A DNA stretch of 64,000 nt from Azolla caroliniana. Taxonomy: Eukaryota > Plantae > Polypodiophyta. Position 1 is the stretch's first letter; every line of letters starts with the position of its first letter. Made by a program: the position numbers and the translations under genes. Positions 25,456 through 39,920 of the stretch are shown in pieces. The stretch spans positions 17,918,001-17,982,000 of the forward strand of contig JBHGNT010000001.1 in assembly GCA_043228905.1 (NCBI GenBank), given 5' to 3'. The notes beneath the pieces are model-generated. The model had not been told where the DNA came from and did not search any database. It saw only the letters and a list, made by a program, of their open reading frames with translations.

Positions 25456-27071
25456 GTGCCGCGTATAGCCGTCGATAAAGGAGACAAAATATCGACTCCC
25501 GCCAAGACTAACGTTTTGTGCCAGTCCCCATACATCGGAATGGATCAAGTCGAGCTTGTTTAGGCTCTAGTTACGCTCGTTAGGGAAAGGAAGTCAATGT
25601 TGCTTCCCTAGCTGGCAGGCTTCACAAATTTGTGCCTGCCAGCCACTTAATTTGGGCAATCTGAACACCAGTTGTTTCTTTCGATTGCAGGTCTTGGAGC
25701 CGTTGATAGTTAACGTGGCCTATCCGATTGTGCCATAAGTCGATATCTGACTCGATTTTTTGTCCTTTCGTGAACATTGCGGTGCCACCTCACTAGAGTG
25801 GAGAATAAACATCCTCCCGTCTCTACGCCCTTGCGCGATAACTCGGCCTTCTTCCTCGATGAAGCACCCGAGATGTGTAAACCGAACCTGCATCCCCTGG
25901 TCGACGATCTCTCCTACCAACACCAGGTTCTTTGTGATTGTTGGAACATGTAACACGTTCATGAACTGTTTCCCTTTCTACCCGACATGGCTTAGGGGAA
26001 CTTTACCGACATTCGCGATCGGATGCGGAGTGTCATCTCCAGTTGCGACTACTCCTGGTTGCATCGGTTTCTCAAGCTATGAGAACCACTCCTTGTGGCA
26101 CGTCCTGTGGTTTGATGCGCCAGAGCCGACGTACCACACCTTGTCTAATTTCGGGGTGGACTTATTCATCGAGTTTGCTTTGTGTCTCGTCATGAAGGCT
26201 GACCCTTTTCCGGCTTTTCCAGATCCTTCAACGTAGTGCGATTGCTGTTGATTACCCTTGTCGGTTTGTCTGGAGCCTGATCTGAATCGGGTCCTCTCCG
26301 AATTGGTGCACTTCTTCCAACACTCGTTGTCCTTGTGGCCTTTCTTGCCATAGTACCAGCATTTCACAGCGGATTTCCCTTGTCGGTTCTTGTCGCCTAA
26401 ACTCCCCTTGTTTCCGGAGGGTTCGGAATTGCTATTGGCATCACTTCAGTGCCTTCTTCCTTGATCCCATCGGCCACCTCCATTGCGCACCAACTCACCT
26501 CATCCGCCATGACCACGGGGGCCTATCTCCCTCCGTGTACAAAATCATGTTGTCAGCATGCGTGCTCGTCGACACACCTGTGTGGTTCTCCTCTATAAGG
26601 ATCGTCGACTGTAGATCGAAAAACGACGGCATATTCTCCTGTGTACACACAGCAATTCGGAACGCTCCGAACTTCAATGCCAATCCCTCGAGACACAAAG
26701 TCGCGTAATCAGCCACCGACAAGTCGCGTTGTCGTAAGTTGCTTAATTCCTATCGGAGTTGAAGCTTCCTGGCTGTGGTGCTTGCGGCGAAAATCTTCTT
26801 CAGATTTCCCAAAGCATCCTTCGGCATTTTCGCATCCCAAATATAGCTCAGAAGCTATTCGCCCACACAAGATTGTGCTTGCTGACTATTCCCAAGTCGG
26901 GAAGTCTTTGTGTGTCGAATCGGGTGCCGTGTCATTTGCTCCATCGACATAGGTCCAGTAACCGTGCCGAAGCAGGTACTGGTGCATCTTGAAAGACCAA
27001 GATGCATAGTTTCTCTCGAGCTTCTCTGTTGGAAGCAAGCTAGCCATGCCTCTATCCATTTTGTTTTTCAT
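25456..27071 (-). pseudogene. Element B gag, protease and integrase N-terminus
   Basis: NYASWSFKMHQYL (gag), CWYYGKKGHKDNECW (zinc knuckle), WYVGSGASNH (PR), LDLIHSDVWG. Confidence 0.9.
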
Positions 27072-27727
27072 GTTCCTTACAAAGGTTAGGTTTTTTCTTT
27101 GAGCTAAGGTCAGCTGTAGAGGTTCTCAACCCTCATGCTCTAATACCATGTAAAAAGAATAGTGTGTGGAAGCAATAGAAAACCGAACACAGAAATGCAA
27201 GTTTAATGGAGAGCTTGAATATATATACAGTACGCGGGAGAGATAGACAGAGACAGAGAGACTGCACACAAAAACCCAATTCAAAAATAATACTCAGTCT
27301 GTACATAGAATGTGCTCAGTGAGCACTTTTATACAAGTCCATACGGACTAACAGAAGTACTGACACGTACTTCATTGCTCATAAATGAGCTCTACACTAA
27401 CTCCCAAAATATATTCCTACGCGGAATATCTTTCCAACAACCTCATAGTTTACGCATTGCTAAGGCTTCTTGTTGCGTACCAGTCTGCGCATCAATTTAC
27501 GCACCCGATTTACGCACCGGTTCGGCCTAACTGATCAATCCCAACCAATCTGGTTTTCGGTATGCACAGCCGATCCGGCCAATGTTGAGCTTGTATCTCA
27601 ACATTGATGGATGGTGATCGATTGACGTGTGGTCGACCTTGTTCGAGATAGCGATCAACAAAGGAACTCTTTCTTGTTTTTTTTTCTAGTTTTGCTTCTC
27701 CCATCTAATCATGTATATGGTCAATAT

Positions 27728-28060
27728 GAAAGTTTTTTTCATTGATTCAATGATGTGGTAGTGGTAATTAATTGGTTGTATAAAACGTTTACATATGTGT
27801 ATGAGGTCGAAAGTTTTTTTAATTGATTCAATGATGTGGTAGTGGTAATTAATTGGTTGTATAAAATGTTTACATATGTGTATGAGTTCAATACCTCATT
27901 TTACATATATTTAATATGTGATTAGTGTTGTATGCGTACGAGGTTAATACCTCAATTGCGTATTACGTTCACATACATATGTTACGTATGCGTATGATGT
28001 CAATACCTCGATTTCTATGTAAACAATATGTGTAAGAGGTCAATACCTCAATTGCGTATT
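27728..28060. repeat. ~80-bp tandem duplication and AATACCTC-containing repeats in the long 5' leader of element A
   Basis: GAAAGTTTTTTT..ATTGATTCAATGATGTGG.. occurs twice (27728, ~27808); AATACCTC recurs four times to ~28050. Confidence 0.8.
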
Positions 28061-29308
28061 ACGATTAACCCTTATTATTGGATGTTTCGTGTGTGTAGAG
28101 GCTAAGGCTATATGCCTCGATTACGGGTCTCGATTTCATCATATTTTGGAAATTTGATGTTAAGATTTTTCTTAATATATGCATATGTGGTCACGTGTAT
28201 ACGTATTTGATCGTATATGTGTGATAAATATGCATATGTGTATGTTAGTTATAAAGTAATTTCTATATCGAATGCTGTCCTTTTCGGGCAGAGGATCTTG
28301 GTGTCTGTCCTCACATTTTTGTGAGAATGGCGTAGTCATCATCCTTTTTTCAACAATCTTTTTTGTTGACATCCATGTTGGTCACTTCGATTTCATAATG
28401 TAACGAAACGATCATAGCCACAATGATGGTGAGAACGTAGGGATTGACCCACTTCATGTGAGGTCGCTCCCAGGACACACATATCCAACATCCCTCCCTC
28501 ATTACATGGATACGATGCCACCATGAGATCATTCTTACGAAAGGCATTTGTAATGACATAACCATGTGATGCGGCACGTGGGCCTACTACAAAAAGAGGG
28601 CTCATTTGGCTTGACCATTAGGTTGCACTTTGGTGTATGCCACCGTAATTATGAGACTTGAGGTTAGGTAACGTACCAACATAGTTTGTGGTAAATGAGA
28701 GGGAAATAAGGACTCTTGACATATATGTTTCTTTTAAAAAAACATATCTGGGCAAATGCCTCACATATCTCTTATATGCATAAAACCATTCAACACGAGG
28801 AACTTATTTGGTTAGCTCAAGTGTTTAATGCATTTGTTCTCGAGGTCTCGAGTTCAAATATGACCAAGACAATATAACATTGTTGATACATATGACTATA
28901 ATACATGTTTAGACTTTAGGTCTAAGTGCACTTCGGGGTCCTCGTAATAGGACTTAAAGAGCCGAAACCACATACGTGGGCACAGAAACATAGTTCATTG
29001 TTAACATTTTTTACGTGTATAAACTATTCATGACGCGAACATACATGGTTGAGCCTCAAGGAGTCACCATGAAAAAAATCGATATAGAGATTAGGGAAAG
29101 ACATTCATTTGTCACCCCCATGGTTTTTAAAACACCTTTGTGTTACCGTAGTAACCTAATCTTGAACCTCATCTCATACGTCTAGAGGGGTATTGACGTG
29201 AGATCATGATATCGATTAATGTTGGCCCATGATATGTTTACATCACGACTTGATGTTATGACTATTTGCCTAACCTTAGCCTATTTCTCTGCCATAAATA
29301 ATCATTCA

Positions 29309-32300
29309 ATGGCTCAGAATAATGAACCGATGTCATCCGCTCAAGCGGAAGGAACTCAAGGAAATCCTCCTGGAGCAATCTCCATTGAATCGTATTTCTT
29401 ACAAATACAAAATTTCCTTAGATCAACCACTCATTAGATGTCGAAACTTCGGCAATCTCAAAGTGCTCTCGAGGCACGTGTCATTAGTTTACAACGTGTC
29501 ACTAATAGACCCGATGAGCGTCAAGGTGAACCATCATTTGTTGTAAAGCCATTTACGGGAGAAAAAAAGGAAAGAACTGAAGAAGCAATATGCACGTGGC
29601 TGGGCCGATGGGAGTCTCATTTTGAGCTCTATCCCACTCCAGATAGTACGAAGATTGCATATGTTGGCTGAGAACTAGGGGGTAAGGTCGCCGCCTGGTG
29701 GGGTGGGCTCCGAACATTGGGGAAATTGCCCGATACCTGGACAGATTTTGTCATAGCTTTTAAGGGCCAATTTCTGCAACCTCCCTCTTGAACCGAGGCA
29801 GCACAAGCTTTAATGAACCTCTCTAGCAGGAAGTTGTCCTCGCTAGAAGACTATGTCCACCATGCTAGAACCCAAATCCAAAAATCGGGTCTAGAAGGGG
29901 ACAATTGGTTAATAGCTTGTTTTGTCAATGGCATCCCCAATTCGGACTATCACTAGATAGTGCACGATAAGGACCATAATAAACCCAACGATGCGTCCAG
30001 GACTAAACAGTCACAATTCGCTAGGAAACGCAAGACACCCAATGAATTCAAGGATCGCGATTGTAAGTGACAACATCCTTTTTGCGTATTTTACAAAAAG
30101 AATGGTCATACAAAAGAACAATGTCAAAAGCTCCAATGGAAAGAGTGCAACAAAAAAGCAAAAGTTGCAAACCATAAATGTCAAATTCCTAATGTCCTTG
30201 AGGTCAAATTCCTAATGTCAAATTCCTAATGTTCTTTCCCTCGCTATGTATTGGGACCCAATGATTTACTACATGCAAACAAGTATGTCAATGGATCTCC
30301 TGTACAATTTTTATTTGATTCGGGAAGCTCACACAATTTTGTGAATGATCGTTTAGTTTAGATATGGGGAATCCAACTCACCCTAAGTGATCACACCTAT
30401 AGGGTGCACTTGGCTGATGGAAGAGTACAATATCAATTGGGCGATTCATTCATTAGGAATTTCTATTGATACTTATATAGAGGAAGTAGACTTCCATGTA
30501 ATGAATCTTTGTACCATTGATGTAATACTGGGTTATCCCTGGTTTTATAATAAAAAATCTTCCTTGTCTATTGATTGGGTTCGTCATTCCATTTCCTTTG
30601 TACTAAACGATTGTACTCATTTTATTCAATGTGTTAAAAAACAATCTCTTTCAATTGTTTCCTCTCCATCAATATCCGAGTTGTCTTGTTCTACTTTATT
30701 TTATTGTGTACTTGATCCGGACATTCACGTTTACCATATCGATAATGTCTCGGTTCAATTATCATATTTTGAACAACAACAACTCGATGAAATCTTAAAT
30801 GATTTTCGTGATGTTTTTCCCAGTGAACTACCACATGGGTTACCTCCTAAACATAATATAGACCATCATATAGATATTGTACCTAGCGTTGCACCAATAA
30901 GTATACCTCCTTATCACTTAAGTCAATCCGAAGAGGATGAGGTATCAAAGCAACTCAAGGACTATTTATGAATGGGTTATATACGTTATAGTAAATCTCC
31001 ATGGGGTGCACCTGTTCTGTTGGTAAATAAGAAAGAGGGCACATGGCGTATGTGTATTAATTACCGACGCTTGAATAAAGTGACGATCAAGAATTCATAT
31101 CCATTGCCCCAGGCTGACGATCTAATTGACCGTCTCTAGGAGCTCGGTATTTTACGAAACTTGATCTTTGTACGGGCTACCATCAAATTCGTATAAGTGA
31201 GGACGATGTTCCTAAAATGGTATTTCGTACGCGTTATGGCCATTATGAGTTTTTTGTTATGCCTTTCGGTTTGACCAATGCTCCGGCCACATTTCAACCA
31301 GAAATGAATGCAATTTTCTGAGAACAACTTGAAAATTTTCTCGTTATTTTCTTGGATGATATTCTAGTTTATAGTTGTACATTAGAAGAACATGCTAAAC
31401 ATGTCCGCTTTGTTTTACAAACATTGCGCGACAAGCAATTCTACACGAAGATCTCAAAATGCGAGTTCTTGAAGAAACCAATTACTTATCTTGGACATCT
31501 CATAACTAAACGATGAGTTGAAATTGATCCTTCTCGCATCGAGAAAATCAAACTTTCGCCCACACTTCGGAATATTCGAGAAGTTCGATCACTCCTTGGT
31601 TTTGTCGGGTTTTTGCGAAAATCCCTTCGTAATTACTCCCAGTTGGAGATGTCGTTTATTAATCTTCTAAAAGGTCAAACGCGTAAGTCTACAAAACCTA
31701 TTGTGTGGAATGCTACATTGGACCTCGCCTTTAAGGAACTTAAGGACCTGGTATGCAAGGCTCCTTTGCTTCTTTTACCCGATCCTTCAAAACCTTTTGA
31801 AGTTGAAATCGATGCAAGTGATTATGCTATAGGTGCTGTCTTATATCAAGATGGTAAACCAATAGCATTCAAGAGTAAGAAACTTGATTTTGCTCAATGT
31901 CGGTATACGATTCAAGAAAAGGAATTATTTGCAGTTATACATGCGATCAAAACATGGCGCCATTATCTTTATGGAAATCGTTTTGTGGTAATTACGGACC
32001 AACAAGACTTGAAATATTTTTGTGACCAACAAGACTTGAAAGGTTGTAAGGTACGATGGGCTGATCTCATCTAGGACTTTGATTTTTCCATACGATATCA
32101 TAAAGGTTCCATGAACATTGTTGTTGATGCACTAAGTCGCATCCGTGAAGTTAACATGCTTAGCTTCACTGAAATAACATCAGATCTTTATAATCACCTT
32201 CGAGGAAAGTATCCTGATGACAGTTATTTTGCGAAATACTGAGCAAGAGTTGAGTCTGTAACAGACACCACCACATTCTCGAAGGAATTCTTCCACATTG

Positions 32301-33610
32301 TTAATGGTCTGCTCTACCCTAATGGGAAGGTTTGTGTTCCAGATTTGCCTGAGTTCAAAACGAGAATTCTTTTTTAATGCCATGATGCACCCTCTGGAGG
32401 GCACCCTGGAATACATCGTACACTCTTTTGTCATATCCACTCAATTCTATTGGCCTAAGATGCGTCTTGACATACATAGTTTTGTGACTAAATGTCACCA
32501 ATGTCATGTTAACAAAGCTGAGCGACTTAAAGCTGCAAGACTTTTACATCCATTGGACATTCCCAATAATAAGTGGGAAAGTATATCCATGGATTTTATT
32601 GTTAGCCTTCCTCGTACCCAAAAAGACCATGATGTCATTTGGGTTGTGGTCGATAGACTAACTAAAATGGCCAGATTTATTACTACTAAAACCACAGTAA
32701 CAGCTCCTGAATTGGCTTACCAATTCGTTGACGAGTTATTTTGTTTTTATGGGTTACCGATGGATATCGAGATTAATCAAGATCCAAAGTTTACTAGTGA
32801 CTTCTAGACACAAGTCTTTAAGAATTTAGAAATTACATTGAGCATGAGCTCCACGGATCCTCCTCAATCCGATGGACAGAAAAAACGACTAAATCAAATT
32901 ATTGAGGACATGCTTCGAGCATACGTTGGTGCAAAACTAACAAAATGCGTTATCTCCCAATTTTGGAGTTTGCTTATAACAGCTCCAAGCATACGTCGAC
33001 GAGATATAGTCCTTTTATGTTGATGTATGGTTTTCAACCACAAGCCCCAATTGATGTTAATATATATCATGATGAGTTGCGAAGTACGCAAAATTTTCTT
33101 CGGGATATGCAAGATATGTTGCATATTGCACGAAATAATATAAAAACAGCTCAAGATAGAGCACATTTTTATGTCGATCATAATAGGCAACCTCGTGTAC
33201 TTCACAATTCTAAAACATTGTCTATGGGTAAGTGTGCTAAGTTAGCCCCACGGTTTTGTGGACCTTTTCAAGTCCTCAAACGCATTGGTTCATCAGCCTA
33301 TTGTCTCGCTCTTCCCGATGGCGTTGAAATTCATCCAGTTTTTCATGTAAGTCGTTTAAAAGAACTTCTAGGTTCTTGCGACAATACACTTACAACTGAA
33401 ACTCTGGTTACTTCTAAAGTATTGTCTTCTAAACCACATGTACCAGAAAGAATTCTTGATGTTAAAACAAAAACTTTGCGTACTAAAATAATCCGACAAC
33501 ATAAAATTAAATGGATGGATAAATCTATCAAAGATGCCACATGGGAACGCGAAAATACTCTTAGAACTAACTTCCCTAACATTCCATTGCAAGAGTGCAA
33601 TGTTTTAAAT
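29309..33610 (+). pseudogene. Disrupted gag-pol of element A: gag, protease, RT, RNase H, integrase, chromodomain
   Basis: LFDSGSSHNFV (protease); [12 protein letters not shown] and FLDDILVYS (RT); EIDASDYAIGAVL (RH); WESISMDFI..VVDRLTK (IN); PERILD...KIKW...DATWE (chromodomain). Many stops and frameshifts. Confidence 0.92.
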
Positions 33611-33682
33611 AGGGGGAGTATGTTACGGGCATGACCATATAATATCCCATGGTGAGAATTTACCGTAGTATTCTATACACGT

Positions 33683-36600
33683 TGTCGTAGTGTATTTCGT
33701 ACACTACGTGAAAAACGTATAAAGTACCCGATTGAATAAATATAAAGAAAAAGAAAGAAATATCAAAATATATATTACATGCATAGGGCAAGATTCAAAC
33801 CTTGTACCTCCATGTTAATAATTTGTAGCTTTACCACTACACTAATACATCATGTGTGATAAAAAAGTAGATATCCACATAGAATGGTTATTTCACGCAT
33901 ATTTTCTAGAAAAAAGTTTTAGTTAGAAGAAAAACGCATGATAGAAAAAAGCTACACATGCACATCTAGCGTGCATGAACACTATAGTCGATATAAAACG
34001 CATGAGGTTAGAAAAAGCATGTTAGAGAAAGCATATAGTCTATAGATAGAGAAAGCATGGAGTCCATAGTTAGAGAAAAGCATGGATTGCCAAGAATCTC
34101 TCATCACTATATAAGGATGGGGAGCACAATGTAATACGTGTGTGAAAACTTTGGAAATTGGATATATTTCTATAAACACCAATTAATAAACTATATTCGT
34201 GGGATTCACGAAATAAACTATACTCGTGGGATTCAGGAGGTTTCGATATCCTTCTCTTTCAATCTACATTCATATTCTTACATAAATATTGATTAATATA
34301 ATCCTTGTGGGATTCACAAGTTTTGATCTCTTTTCTCAATCTACTCTAATCTATTCTAAACTATTTCAATTTATTACTACGATTAAGATATGAATAGACT
34401 CGTCTCAAATTCTTCCTCCTCCTAGTTCAAAACCCCAGTGATTCCCACCCGACTCACACAACGATCTGGCGCCGAAAGGCACGACACAGTTGGTGAACCC
34501 GACATGAAGACGGGTGGCAAGGAGATGGAGAATCAACAAGACGCGATGAACACGATGATGATGATTTTCGAGTGGATTCTACAAGAACAACGAGCGATGT
34601 CGGAGATCACGGCAGAAGTAAAGAGGCTCGTACAACGAAATGGACAATTCAATGGAAACGATGTGTCACGCTATCTACGTGACTACAAAGCGGAGATGAT
34701 GCGATGTGGGATACCGGAAGGATTGCAAGTGATATCCTTCAGTCGAGTGGCCATGGATGAGCTACAAGAGAGAATCCACAAGATACGACAACAAAACCCG
34801 ACATGGGGGTCCTTTGAAGAAGCTTTACGAGAGGCATACGACTATGAGAGATCGAAGGGACGAGATAGACGCGAGTTCGACCAGTGGGTGGCATCAGAGA
34901 AGACCCACCAAAGCGCGATGCAAGAATTCCTAGAGTTCGAGCATCATTTTGCTCAACTCTCGGAGTGGGAACAACTATTGGTGGAGATGGATAAAGTCCT
35001 AATGTTCGTAAGATCGATTGATTAGAAAGAAAGGATGGCCATCGGGATTGAACTTGAAAATGATGACGGTGCAAATGGCCTCACCGAGGATTGGGCCGAA
35101 GTCGAAAGAGTGTGCCGAAGACATGATAAGAGGAAGAAGATAATCTTGTTGGCATTAACATGGTCCATGAGGGATGATGGATTGAGAATGAATGATGTAG
35201 CCGATATGAAGGCCGAAATGCAATATGATGGTACTACGGGAGAGGGTGTGGAACAAGTTATCCTCTCTTCTTGCAAAAGAACAACAACCAAGAATAAGGT
35301 CGATGACTTGAGAGTGGCGAATGCTACTTCAAGGGTGGAAGAAGGTTTCGGGACACAAGTGTCTGAAACATCGAGTGAAAAAGGGGTAAGCATAATCGAT
35401 GTTTGCATGATCGAGGGAGATAAAGAGTGCGAGGCGGATGTAGTTGAAGAGATAGCCACAGATAACGACATCAAATTGGAAGTGGCTATGCATGAGTCAA
35501 TGGCGGATGGCCAAGGCAAGACTCTCCCAACACTAATTCAAGATATTTCAGCAGTTGCGTTTGAAAGGCAATGTGAGACCTAAGAGAAGGAAGGTGGCAG
35601 AGAGAAAACAAAGGTCGAAGCCGTTGTATATGACGGAGAGATAGCCAAGAAGGTGGCTTTGGGAGAAACAACGAAGAACGATAATACCGAGGATTCCTAC
35701 CCACTAATTGTAGAGACTTCAGCGGTTGTGTCCGAGAACCAACGTGAGACCGGAGAGACGGGAGATGGCGGCAAGGAAGGAAAGCTGGTTCGGATGGAAG
35801 ATGATCCATCTGAAATTCCAATCTAAACGAAAGCCGAACCAAGCGGAAGTGGATTCGGTCGAAATCCGATCGGTCAAGCTTGACCCAGACGGAAATCGTT
35901 TGAACCGAAAGCCAATCGAACGAGACTGAATCAGAAAGAAGCTAATCTGACTCAGTCGGAAGTCGAACCAGTCGAATCCGGTGAACACGAAGAAAAGGAA
36001 GCCAACCCAAACGAACACTGATCGGTCAAACCCAAATCGGAAAGGGGCCAACACAATCGAAACCAATCAACCAAGTCCGATTCGATCAAATGCAAATACG
36101 GATGGAAGTTGACCTAGCCGAAAACCGATCAGAAGAGACCGATCTGGAAAGAAGCTAATCCGACTCAATCGGAGGTTGAAGCAATCGAGGCCAGTGAACA
36201 TGAGGAAGCCGCCAAGCAGGCATACTACCACGGATGACAAGGGCCAAAAGGATTTGAAGGGTGTTACCGAGGATGAGATCTCAACAAAGAAGGAGGGCTC
36301 TAACATGAAGATTTTCAACTCTAACGCGAGATTGTACGACGAAGGTGGACGACGTGCAAAGTGTCTTGACCAAGGAGATGGTCGGAACAAAGGTGGCACA
36401 TGCACGAGACATGAAGGATTAAGCTCAAGAAGAGCAGAAGGAATCATGACAACTGGTCATGGACATGCAAAGAGTGAACGAAGAATATGGTGGATCAGAT
36501 GGCAACAATGGTTCGGGTAGAAAGAATGGATGTGCTCAAAATGGAGAGACAAAGTCGACATAGCGAGAGAAACAGAGGGTATTATGGATGGAGAATAATG

Positions 36601-37139
36601 AGCCCCGACAATTTCGGCACATACCGGAGGATGTGCGGGTTCGGAGGGGGAGAGTGTCGTAGTGTATTTCGTACACTACGTGAAAAACGTATAAAGTACC
36701 TGATTTAATAAATATGAAGAAAACGAAGAAAATATGAGAATACATGTTACATGCATAGGGCAAGATTCGAACCTTGTACCTTCATGTTAATAATGTAAAG
36801 CCTTACCATTACACTAACATATCATAAGTGTTAAAAAAGAAGATATTCCACATAGAAAGGTTTTTTCCACGCATATTTTCTAGGAAAAAGCTTTAGTTCG
36901 AAGAAAAACACATGATAGAAAAAAAAAGTTACACATGCACATCTAGCGTGCATGAACACTATAGTCGATAAAAACGCATGAGGTTAGAAAAAGCATGATC
37001 ACTTTTAGAAGAAGCATGTTAGAGAAAGCATATATTCTATAGTTAGAGAAAGAGCATGGATTGTTAAGACTCTCTCATCACTATATAAGGATGGGGAGCA
37101 CAATGTAATAGGGGTGTGAAAACTTTGGAAATTGGATAT
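33683..37139 (+). mobile_element. Element F: non-autonomous gag-only LTR element of the D family (5' LTR 33683-34486, Trp PBS 34491-34508, PPT ~36642-36654, 3' LTR from 36655, truncated)
   Basis: LTR termini, PBS, gag start (MKTGGKEMENQ) and pre-PPT sequence are shared with D; no PR, RT, RH or IN motifs in the 2.2-kb internal region. Confidence 0.85.
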
Positions 37140-37830
37140 TGTGAAAGTGTGTTTAGAATCTAAGCCATTGAACATTAGAAGAATATAAAGTATGGATAAT
37201 TCACATTTGGAGGCTAAGAACACGAACCAAGACCTTAGGAAGAAGTCAAAAGTAAAAGTAAGAGACCAAGAGAAAAGTAAACAGAGAAAAAGCGGACCAT
37301 AAAAAACATTAAAGAAGGAATGGTCATAATTCCATTGTTTTTTACCTAAACATTGTGTTAGAAAGCTTGTAAAGAGAGCTATCTATAGCGTTTTAAATCA
37401 TTAAATTTGGAGCTTTGATGAGAGAGATATGACGATTAGAAGGTCGCTAGGTCTTAGCTAAAAATAGGAGATAAAAAGCTTCTAAAAATAGCGTGAACGA
37501 GGAAGAAGAAGAAAATTATAATAGAGAAGGGGTCTTAATAGAGAAGGGGAAGGTCTTAGTGGTAGTAAGAAGGTCTTTGGTTTCTTAGTTGAATGTGGAG
37601 TTTATCTCCTTTGTATTGTCTTGATATTGGAATATCATAACAATCTTATCTCTTTCTCATCTTCTCTATCTTTTTTCTTAATTTCTTGAGTCTCTCTCTC
37701 TAATTCGTAGATACCTTGATCTATCTAATATATTATGAGTCACAACTCCATCTAACTGGTGTAAGTCGGGTGGGAACCACTAGGGATAAGTGTGAGGGTT
37801 AAACGAGAGTGTAAAGAAGGGGAGGATTAC
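37140..37830. mobile_element. Unassigned LTR-like remnant interrupting the 3' LTR of F
   Basis: Abrupt break after ATAT; begins TGTGA; a D-LTR-like GGGTGGGAACCACT motif appears inverted at ~37768. Confidence 0.4.
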
Positions 37831-38999
37831 TTTTAATCTTGAAGATTGAGACAACCCATTATGCCAAGTGTGAACTTTCCTGGGGGCCTTGGGTATCGCT
37901 ATAAATATGAGGCCTAGCTACCCTCATTTCATCATATCTTGACTACATCGAGACTCTGTTTTGTGGTGGGGCGAGCGCGCCAGCACCAAGTACGACTCGA
38001 TGCCACAACGGTGGTATGGGATGTCGATCGAGGCTTAAGTCCGTCTTGATCCCTTCGCTCGGGGGTGGTTGGGTGGATCGACACCCTCCTTTCTCTCTCT
38101 CCTTTCTATCTATCTAACTTTTATCCTTATCATATGCTTACATTAGGGCATATCTCTAACACTAAGATATTGTGTTCGTTGCACAGTTGTGCCTTAAAAC
38201 TTCATTAAATCGTAATTCTAGTAGCTCATTACGTCCTAATCTAATTCTTGGCGAATAACCCTAGCAGTTCAATTCATGCACATGTGACTTCTAGTGAAAA
38301 ACAATCTTTACGAAACTGGTCGGATTAGTCATACAGTCGACGCCCAAACCTCTGTTAATTAATTACTAACAATAACATAACTGGCATAATTCATCACTTA
38401 TAGCCACTTAATTAATCACCTAATTAAACCATCGGGGGAGGAGTCGATAAGGATCTAGACAACAAAATGCTAATAGTTATTAATCTTCTCCAAAATCATC
38501 CATGGGGTCTTACACAATGCTTAAGGTAGATTTTGGTGATGGAGGTGAGATCTTGTCTCCACTTTCATTGTCCTTACATTCTTACCTTAATGATCTTATA
38601 TAAAGTACCGTTATACTATATGGAACAACTAATTCAGATTGCTAAAATTCAACTTGTAATAAAATGGTTCCATTACAACATTTCCTTATAAAACTCTCAT
38701 GGATGGCCAACATGTATGACATTAGTTTGAAAATAAATTATCCATGGACAAATGCAAATATAAAAAAACAAAATCTAGTAGTTTTGATGAAGACATTCCT
38801 ACGAGATGGATGTTTTAACTAGGGGGTTGTAATGGAGTCTGAATTGATATTTATATTTTCTCTGAGGTCAAATTGGTTGGCGGGAGGATGACACAACTTG
38901 ACTACATTAAAAGAATTAACTTACATGTGAGATTTGTAGCCGATTATGCTATGTTGTATTAACTCAATGAGAGAAAATACCCAAACGTAGACTAGTCAT

Positions 39000-39920
39000 A
39001 GAGCTACCTAGTCAGATAGTTGGAGGAGAGATCAATGGAGCTAGCCAATAAGCTACATTTCTAGATAATCAATGCATGAGTGCTAATTCATAATGGGCCT
39101 AATTTTGGTAATATAAAGGTAATAGTCCTACTTGGGCATTTGGTTATAGTGGAGTAAATCAAACAACTTCCCTCCATTTTCTACTCAAAACGTCACATTC
39201 AGTTTCAAGGAAGTAGGTACCTTTGTATACTCCATGATTGCATAATTCACAAGAATTTTCATTGAGTAATGATGTTGTGACAAGCATGTTCTATCCAATG
39301 TGCAGATTATTATCTTGATAGCTAAGCATTAATGAAGTTCTCCAAGATCCTTTATCTTGAACTTTTCTTCCAATATGTCATTTTCCTTATGTATATGCTC
39401 TACAACATATCATCTTATAATGAGGTCATCAACACATATTGTGGTGAATATGAATTCTTCCCTGATTGTCTTCTTGAATGTACATGAGTAATTAGATATT
39501 GACATGTGGAATTTTTTATATGCTCTAAGTTCTTTTTCAATTAATAGTGGCATGCCACAATTCTTGCTTTACACTATAAAGGGCATTCTGCAACCTAAAA
39601 GGTTATCCTTTGCTTGTTTCCAAGCTCCATATTGTGCAAATGGTTTCCATTATGAAAATTGGGAAAAATGCATCATTATAACCAATGCTTTGAGTTTGGG
39701 CATAATGTTTTGCAACTTGTCAAGATTTCTTTCATCTTACCCCTTTATATGCATATTCTTCACTTTGTAAACCCTCTTGCATGCAACTTCCTTTCTTTTG
39801 TGGTAATGGATCAAAATCTTACAATCGGTTTTGTCTTATGGCTTCTATTTTCTTCCTTAATAGCTTCTTCCCATTCAGGCTTTCCTTGAGCTTACTCATA
39901 GCTCTTTAGTTTAGTTTGTT
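39000..39920 (-). pseudogene. Ancient Copia RT remnant
   Basis: Reverse strand reads PEWEEAIKEE, YGAWKQA (cf. YGLKQA), CVDDLII and FKIKDLGELH in the correct order. Confidence 0.7.

Larger units (their letters stand above)
6863..27603 (-). mobile_element. Element B: Ty1/Copia with TSD TTGAT (5' LTR 27149-27603; 3' LTR 6863-7180 + 8811-8945)
   Basis: TTGAT at 6858-6862 and 27604-27608; PBS reverse complement GCTCTAATACCA at 27137-27148; PPT reverse complement CTCCCCCTCAAG at 8946; TG...CA termini. Confidence 0.93.
6450..38161 (+). mobile_element. Element A: outer chromovirus Ty3/Gypsy (5' LTR ~6450-6809, PBS 6812-6821, PPT 33611-33618, 3' LTR split 33621-33682 + ~37834-38161)
   Basis: Direct repeat 6480-6809 vs 37844-38161; TGGTATCAGA PBS; internal region continues across the TTGAT TSD; shared TAGTATTCTATACAC at 6450 and 33666. 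Start of the 5' LTR and the TSD are not resolved. Confidence 0.8.

Noticed and set aside
28810-28862. tRNA/SINE-like boxes (TAGCTCAAGTG...GAGTTCAAAT) in the leader of element A
   Set aside because: Single degenerate copy with no TSD or tail; too weak to call.
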